Positions 58,498-64,000 of a stretch of 64,000 bases of DNA are shown here, in pieces. The position numbers and the translations under genes are program-made. A model generated the notes under the pieces. The model did not search any database and was not told the DNA's origin. It saw nothing but the letters and a program-made list of their open reading frames with translations. The stretch is taken from the NCBI RefSeq assembly GCF_009914755.1, contig NC_060943.1, one strand, 5' to 3'. This DNA is from the human T2T-CHM13v2.0 reference genome, Homo sapiens. Position 1 is the first letter of the stretch. Every line of letters begins with the position of its first letter.

Positions 58498-60082
58498 TAG
58501 CCAGGATGGTCTCAATCTCCTGTCCTTGTGATCTGCCTGCCTTGGCCTCCCAAAGTGCTGAGATTACAGGCGTGAGCTACCGCGCGCGGCCGAGTATTTC
58601 TGGTTTTCTTTTTGTTTTTGGAGACAGAGTCTAGCTCTGTCGCCCAGGCTGGATGGAGTGCAGTGGGAGGATCTCAGCTCACTGCAACCTCCGCCTCCCG
58701 TGTTCAAGCAATTCTCCTGCCTCCGCCTCCTGAGCAGCTGGGGTGAGAGGATTTCTTCTGTGTTCATGGGTATGCTGGGCTGAGCTGATCCAGGCTGGAC
58801 GCTAAGCTGTGGGTCCCGCTGGGCTTGGCTTCTTGCAGCAGGGTGAATTCACTCTGCGCCAGGGTGTTCATTCTGCTGTCCAGGCTGAGGGCAGCAGCTG
58901 CCTGGGGAGCGCTTGCCCTGACATGGGCAGATGCACAAGCAGGCACACTTCCCAGTTGTGTTCGCCAGCACACCCCGCCTCACTGGGGCGGGGAAATAAG
59001 CTCTGCCCACTCCAGTGGATAGGAACACCGGTGGCGGCAGGGACATCAGTTCCAACGCAGGGAGGGCATGAAGGCTGTTTAACAGCGATTAGACCTTTGC
59101 ATCCTCCTGCCAGCCTCTGACCTGTCCCCAGCAACTCAGATCCCTGAATGTCTCCATGCCTCACCGTCACCTTTTTTTTTTTACTTTTTTTTTGAGACGG
59201 AGTCTCGCACTGTTGCCGGGGCTGGAGTGCAGTGATGTGATCTCGGCTCACTGCAACCTCCGCCTCCTGGGTTCAAGCGATTTTCCTGCCTCAGCCTCCT
59301 GAGTAGCTGGGATTACAGGCACGTGCCACCACATCCAGCTAATTTTTTGTAATTTTAGTAGAGGTGGGGTTTCACCATGTTGGCCTGGCTGGTCTTGAAC
59401 TCCTGACCTCATGATTCACCCACCTCAGCCTCCCAAAGTGCTGAGATTACAGGTGTGAGCCACCGCGCCCGGCACCACCACCTTCTTAACCCAGTGGCAT
59501 TGTTAACCTCAAGTTTGACTTTGTCCCCCGATTCAGTCAGACTTAAAGCAAAGCCCTCATTGCATCATCATCATGGGGACCAACTTCCATAACCAAGAAG
59601 GAGAAGGTTCTGGAAGAGCCGATAAATAGCAGTATTTAAAGATCAGCAACTTTAGGTTTTACCTCATCCCCCATTCTTTCCTGTGTTGAAAGTTTTCATT
59701 CACCTATAACTTGTTTTTTGGCTTTGGCTAAGGAGGATTTTGTCTGTTTGCCCAGTGGTCGGGAAGCATTTTGTTGTGGATTGTGAACCAAGCCTGTGCG
59801 AGTGTGAGAAATAATTTGCACAGATACTATAGCTGATCTTCCTAAGGAGGAGGCAGCTGGGCTTTTGGGGAGATGTTCTCAGCATTCACAATGAGAAAGT
59901 ATTTGTTTTTCTTATGTGTCCTAAAAGCAGTTTGCAACAAGTCTGATGAATAATGTTTGTGTGGGCCGGGTGCAGTGGCTCACGTCTGTAATCCCAGCAC
60001 TTTGGGAGGCTGAGGCAGGTGGATCACGAGGTCAGGAGATCAAAACCATCCTGGCTAACACGGTGAAACCCCGTCTCTACTA

Positions 60083-60298
<216 letters not shown>

Positions 60299-61734
60299 TC
60301 ATGCTTGTAATCCCCACAATCCCAGCACTTTAGGAGGCCAAGGCTGGAGGACTGCTTGAACCCAGGAGGTTTGCAGTGAGCTGTTATGATGCCACTGCAC
60401 TCCAGCCTGGACCACAGAGCAAGACCCTATCTCTAAGAAAAAAAAATGCATGGTGTCTTGCTTTCATCAGCATATATTTGAGTCCTCCTCTATGTCATGG
60501 AAGGTTCTAGGTGATACAGCAGCAAACAAAACATTTCTGCCTTTTTGGAACTAAGAGTGTAGTGGGCAAGGTGGGTAATTAAGAGGTCTAATGTTAGGCC
60601 CAGAAGGATAATGATGCAGAGTAAGCAGCCAGGGTGGAGGTTAGAATTTTAGACTTAGATAATCTGTGTAATAATATTATCTTTTTTTTTTTGTTTTTTT
60701 GAGACTGAGTCTTGCTGTGTTGCCCAGGCTAGAGTGCAGTGGTGTGATTTCAGCTCACTGCAACATCGCCTCCTGGGTTCAAATAATTCTGATTCAGCCT
60801 CCCGAGTAGCTGAGATTACAGGTGCCAGCCACCAAGCCCAGCTAATTTTTGTATTTTTAGTAGAGATGGGGTTTCACCCTGGTCTCGAACTCCTGGCCTC
60901 AGGTGATCCGCCCACCTGGACTCCCAAAGTGTTGGGATTACAGGCGTGAGCCACCGTGCCCGGCCCTAATATTATCTTAGCTGGGGGTTCAGGAAGGCCT
61001 CTGAGCAGAGCCCTGAAAGGAGGTGAGGGAGTGAGCCAGTGAAAAACGTGGGAAGAACGTTCCAGGAGCAGGCGCTAAGGCCCTGAGGCAGGAGCTAGGT
61101 GTGGTGGAAGAGCCTGCTTAGCTGGAGAGGTGAGGGAGACTGGTGGGAAAGGTCAGATAGGGAGTTGTGGGTCATGTACTTGGGCAAGGGTCTGTGGTGA
61201 TCCCCCCAAATTTTTGTTTTGGCGCCCACATTCTGAATCTTTTTGTATTTGTCACTATGCTGTCAAATTTGCCTCTTGCCCATCACCTGGTCCTATCCTT
61301 TGTTTTTTTTTTTTGAGATAGGGTCTCCCTCTGTCACCCAGGCTCGAGTACAGTGGCTTGATTACTGCTCACTGCAGCCTTGACCTCCCAGGCTCAAGTG
61401 ATCCTCCCTCCTCAGCCTTCCGAGTAGCTGAGATTACAGGCACGTGCCACCACGCCCAGCTAATTTTTGTATTTTTTGTAGAGGTGGGGCTTCACCATGT
61501 TCACCACGCTGGTCTTGAACTCCTGGGCTCAAGCGATCTGTCTGCCTCGGCCTCCCAGAGTGCGGGGATTACAGGCTTGAGCCACCATGCCCGGCCCTGT
61601 CCTACTTCTAGTGTCCCCTGTCTGGTTGACCGTCTGTCTCTGATCCGATTCCTGACCCTGACCTCTCCCATCTTCTTGATCCTCTTGTTACCCTGTTCCC
61701 CCAGCTGCCCGCTCACCCGTTATCTTTCCCCCAG

Positions 61735-61781
61735 GTTCAAGGATGGCCCAGTCCCTGCCCATGAACCATCCCACCGCTATG
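61735..61781 (+). CDS. CCDC9: CCDC9 exon 9
   Basis: 47 nt: (M)[15 protein letters not shown]. Phases match both neighbours. Confidence 0.92.
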
Positions 61782-61880
61782 GTGAGTGGGTGCCCTTGGA
61801 TGAGCTGAGGCTCGGTCTGGGAGTCAGGGGTGGTGTGTGCCACACCTTCCCTTCCCGATGACACCTGGGTTCTGTTGCAG

Positions 61881-62016
61881 ATGACCAGGCCTGGGCCCGG
61901 CCCCCGAAGCCCCCTACTTTTGGGGAGTTCCTGTCCCAGCACAAAGCTGAGGCCAGCAGCCGCAGAAGGAGAAAGAGCAGTCGGCCCCAGGCCAAGGCAG
62001 CGCCCAGGGCCTACAG
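61881..62016 (+). CDS. CCDC9: CCDC9 exon 10
   Basis: 136 nt: DDQAWARPPKPPTFGEFLSQHKAEASSRRRRKSSRPQAKAAPRAY. Confidence 0.93.
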
Positions 62017-62409
62017 GTGGGGCACCCCTTCTGCGGGCTTGCACACCCCCAGGGCTCTCCGCAGGGCGTTCTCTTCTTTGGCTTGCTGTGAAGGTGTGGG
62101 TACATCTGTCTGTCCCTGTCTTTGTCTTGGCCCTGTCTATCTCGCAGGTCCGTGGTTTGAGGGGCTTGGGATCTGGCTCTTGGTTTTACCCTCATCTGTC
62201 CCCTTTCTGCCGTCACCCATCTCCTCTCCTGCTACCTGCCCCACTTTCGTTCTGTCCTTGACACATGGGGACACACATCCGCCATTCCCTCAGCCCTCCA
62301 CCATGCCAGATGCTCTGGGCAGCTCCTCCCTAGGGAGGGTGGAGGCAGGAAGCCCCTTCCTCCTGTCTACTCTCCACCCAGGCATCACCCCTCCCTCTGC
62401 TCCCTCTAG

Positions 62410-62515
62410 TGACCATGATGACCGCTGGGAGACAAAAGAAGGGGCAGCATCCCCAGCCCCTGAGACTCCACAGCCTACTTCCCCCGAGACTTCCCCCAAG
62501 GAGACACCCATGCAG
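62410..62515 (+). CDS. CCDC9: CCDC9 exon 11
   Basis: 106 nt: SDHDDRWETKEGAASPAPETPQPTSPETSPKETPMQ, ending at CAG|gtaagg. Confidence 0.93.
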
Positions 62516-62601
62516 GTAAGGCTGGGCTGTGGTTCAGGGCACGGGCCTGGGGTGGGGGCTCAGGACCTGTGCCTTGCCCTGACTTGCCTGTGTCCCCAAA
62601 G

Positions 62602-63006
62602 CCACCCGAGATCCCAGCTCCTGCCCACCGGCCTCCTGAAGATGAGGGGGAAGAGAATGAGGGGGAAGAGGATGAAGAATGGGAGGACATAAGTGAGGAT
62701 GAGGAAGAGGAGGAGATCGAGGTGGAAGAAGGTGATGAGGAGGAACCAGCGCAAGACCACCAAGCCCCAGAGGCTGCCCCCACCGGGATCCCCTGCAGTG
62801 AGCAGGCCCACGGAGTCCCCTTCAGTCCGGAGGAGCCCCTGCCGGAGCCCCAGGCCCCTGGCACGCCTTCCAGCCCTTTCTCACCACCCAGCGGCCACCA
62901 GCCTGTGTCCGATTGGGGTGAAGAGGTGGAGCTGAATTCTCCCCGGACCACTCACCTGGCTGGCGCCCTCTCCCCGGGTGAGGCCTGGCCTTTTGAGAGT
63001 GTATGA
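62602..63006 (+). CDS. CCDC9: CCDC9 exon 12 coding part (acidic tract, stop)
   Basis: AAG| acceptor; PPEIPAPAHRPPEDEGEENEGEEDEEW...EAWPFESV-TGA. The exon sum is 1596 nt = 531 aa plus stop. Confidence 0.94.
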   Translation, partial: PPEIPAPAHRPPEDEGEENEGEEDEEWEDISEDEEEEEIEVEEGDEEEPAQDHQAPEAAPTGIPCSEQAHGVPFSPEEPLPEPQAPGTPSSPFSPPSGHQPVSDWGEEVELNSPRTTHLAGALSPGEAWPFESV

Positions 63007-63015
63007 AGCTGGCTG

Positions 63016-63017
<2 letters not shown>

Positions 63018-63065
<48 letters not shown>

Positions 63066-63072
63066 CGCGCGC
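63018..63072. repeat. (TG)20(CG)7C compound microsatellite
   Basis: 55 nt of perfectly alternating purine-pyrimidine sequence starting 12 nt after the CCDC9 stop. Confidence 0.97.
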
Positions 63073-63242
63073 TAGAGGGGTGTGGCTGGTGGGGGACCCT
63101 TGGGGCTGGGCCCTGGGACCCAGTGTGCCCCACAGCCCTGTCAGCTGAGGGGGTAGCGCAGCCCATGCTCTTCTGTACTGTCATGCCCGTCTCTGGAATG
63201 TCCACTCCCAGAGCCTGCCCCAGCCCTTCGAGCCCCCTCCCC

Positions 63243-63248
63243 AATAAA
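63243..63248 (+). terminator. CCDC9: CCDC9 proximal poly(A) signal
   Basis: AATAAA, followed ~30 nt later by GU-rich GGTGTGTCCTTG. Confidence 0.85.
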
Positions 63249-63380
63249 GAATTCACATCCTCCAATGACATTCCCCCAGGTGTGTCCTTGAACCCCCTTC
63301 AACTCCCCCTGGGCCTTCTCTCTTGGGGTGGGGAGATGTCAGGCGGGAAAGGGGGCTTGACTGGGGCTCCCCTTCCCTAG

Positions 63381-63473
63381 GAGGTGGCCAGTCAGCCCCT
63401 GCCTTCCCGGAGAGTGGGCCCAGCCTCCGAGGAACCCAGGAAGCTGAAGAGGAAGGGTCTGAGGCAACTCCAG
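63381..63473 (+). CDS. CCDC9: Putative alternative downstream CCDC9 coding exon
   Basis: ccttccctag| acceptor and CAG|gtgggg donor. 93 nt, phase 1-1, in frame with an internal exon-12 donor at 62977/62978. Confidence 0.65.
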
Positions 63474-64000
63474 GTGGGGGAGTGCATGGGGCATGGGATG
63501 GAGGCCGCTTCTTCCTCTTTCTCTGGGGCTGAGGGGCAGAGGGCTTGGGGGGAGTGGGGTGAATGTGTGTAGGTAGCAGTTGGACCATAGAGGTGAGGTG
63601 AAAAGGGTGAGCTCGGATAGGGATGGGGGGCTGGAGCCGGGTGGCAGGGGTGGGGCAAAGGGGCAACTTTATGGGCCAAGCCAATAGGAATTTGGTATGG
63701 AGGTTGAGGAGGTGGGGTTAAGGAAAGGATTAGAATTTTGGAGTCGAGCTCAGGGGTTTTGGAAAGCACTGGTTTAAGAGTAATGGGGTGTGGATCGGAT
63801 GCCTTGGCTCATGCCTGTAATCCCAGCTAATTGGGAGGCGGGAGGATCGCTTGAACCTGGGAGGCGGAGGCTGCAGTGAGCCGAGATCGCTCCACTGTAC
63901 TCCCACCTGGGCGACAGAGCAAGACTCCGTCTCAAAAAAGGTGGTTGGCGTTGGTGTACTAGGGCAGGAGCTATAGGCAGACTACGAAATTTGAACTGGC

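Noticed and set aside
61782-61880. CCDC9 intron 9 (99 nt) as a frame-preserving retained intron
   Set aside because: It contains an in-frame TGA at 61859-61861.

Overview
Human genomic DNA, recognised from the encoded proteins as the 19q13.3 SAE1-BBC3-CCDC9 interval. It is GC-rich and very Alu-dense. It contains the last coding exon and 3' UTR of SAE1 (+) and the complete BBC3/PUMA gene (-). I reconstructed the PUMA alpha (193 aa), beta (131 aa), gamma (261 aa) and delta (101 aa) isoforms from splice sites, together with the p53, NF-kB, FOXO and CTCF elements. The bidirectional MIR3190/MIR3191 hairpin lies in BBC3 intron 2. About 23 kb of intergenic DNA carries four orphan CpG-rich islands, followed by the complete 12-exon CCDC9 gene (+; 1596-nt CDS, 531 aa). 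The most interesting unexplained structure is: (1) a seemingly complete antisense unit inside BBC3 (AP-1/MEF2/TATA promoter, ATG ORF, miR-3190 hairpin, AATAAA); (2) two uORFs plus a stop-free, possibly CUG-initiated alternative frame through the whole PUMA-alpha mRNA; (3) a convergent CTCF pair enclosing the PUMA promoters and RFX/NF-Y-rich orphan islands; (4) an alternative CCDC9 C-terminus whose donor sits next to a (TG)20(CG)7 tract; (5) a cryptic ~31-bp periodic GC-box array in CCDC9 intron 1. There are no prokaryotic features, CRISPR arrays, tRNA or rRNA. Gene and repeat names come from my recall, not from a database search.
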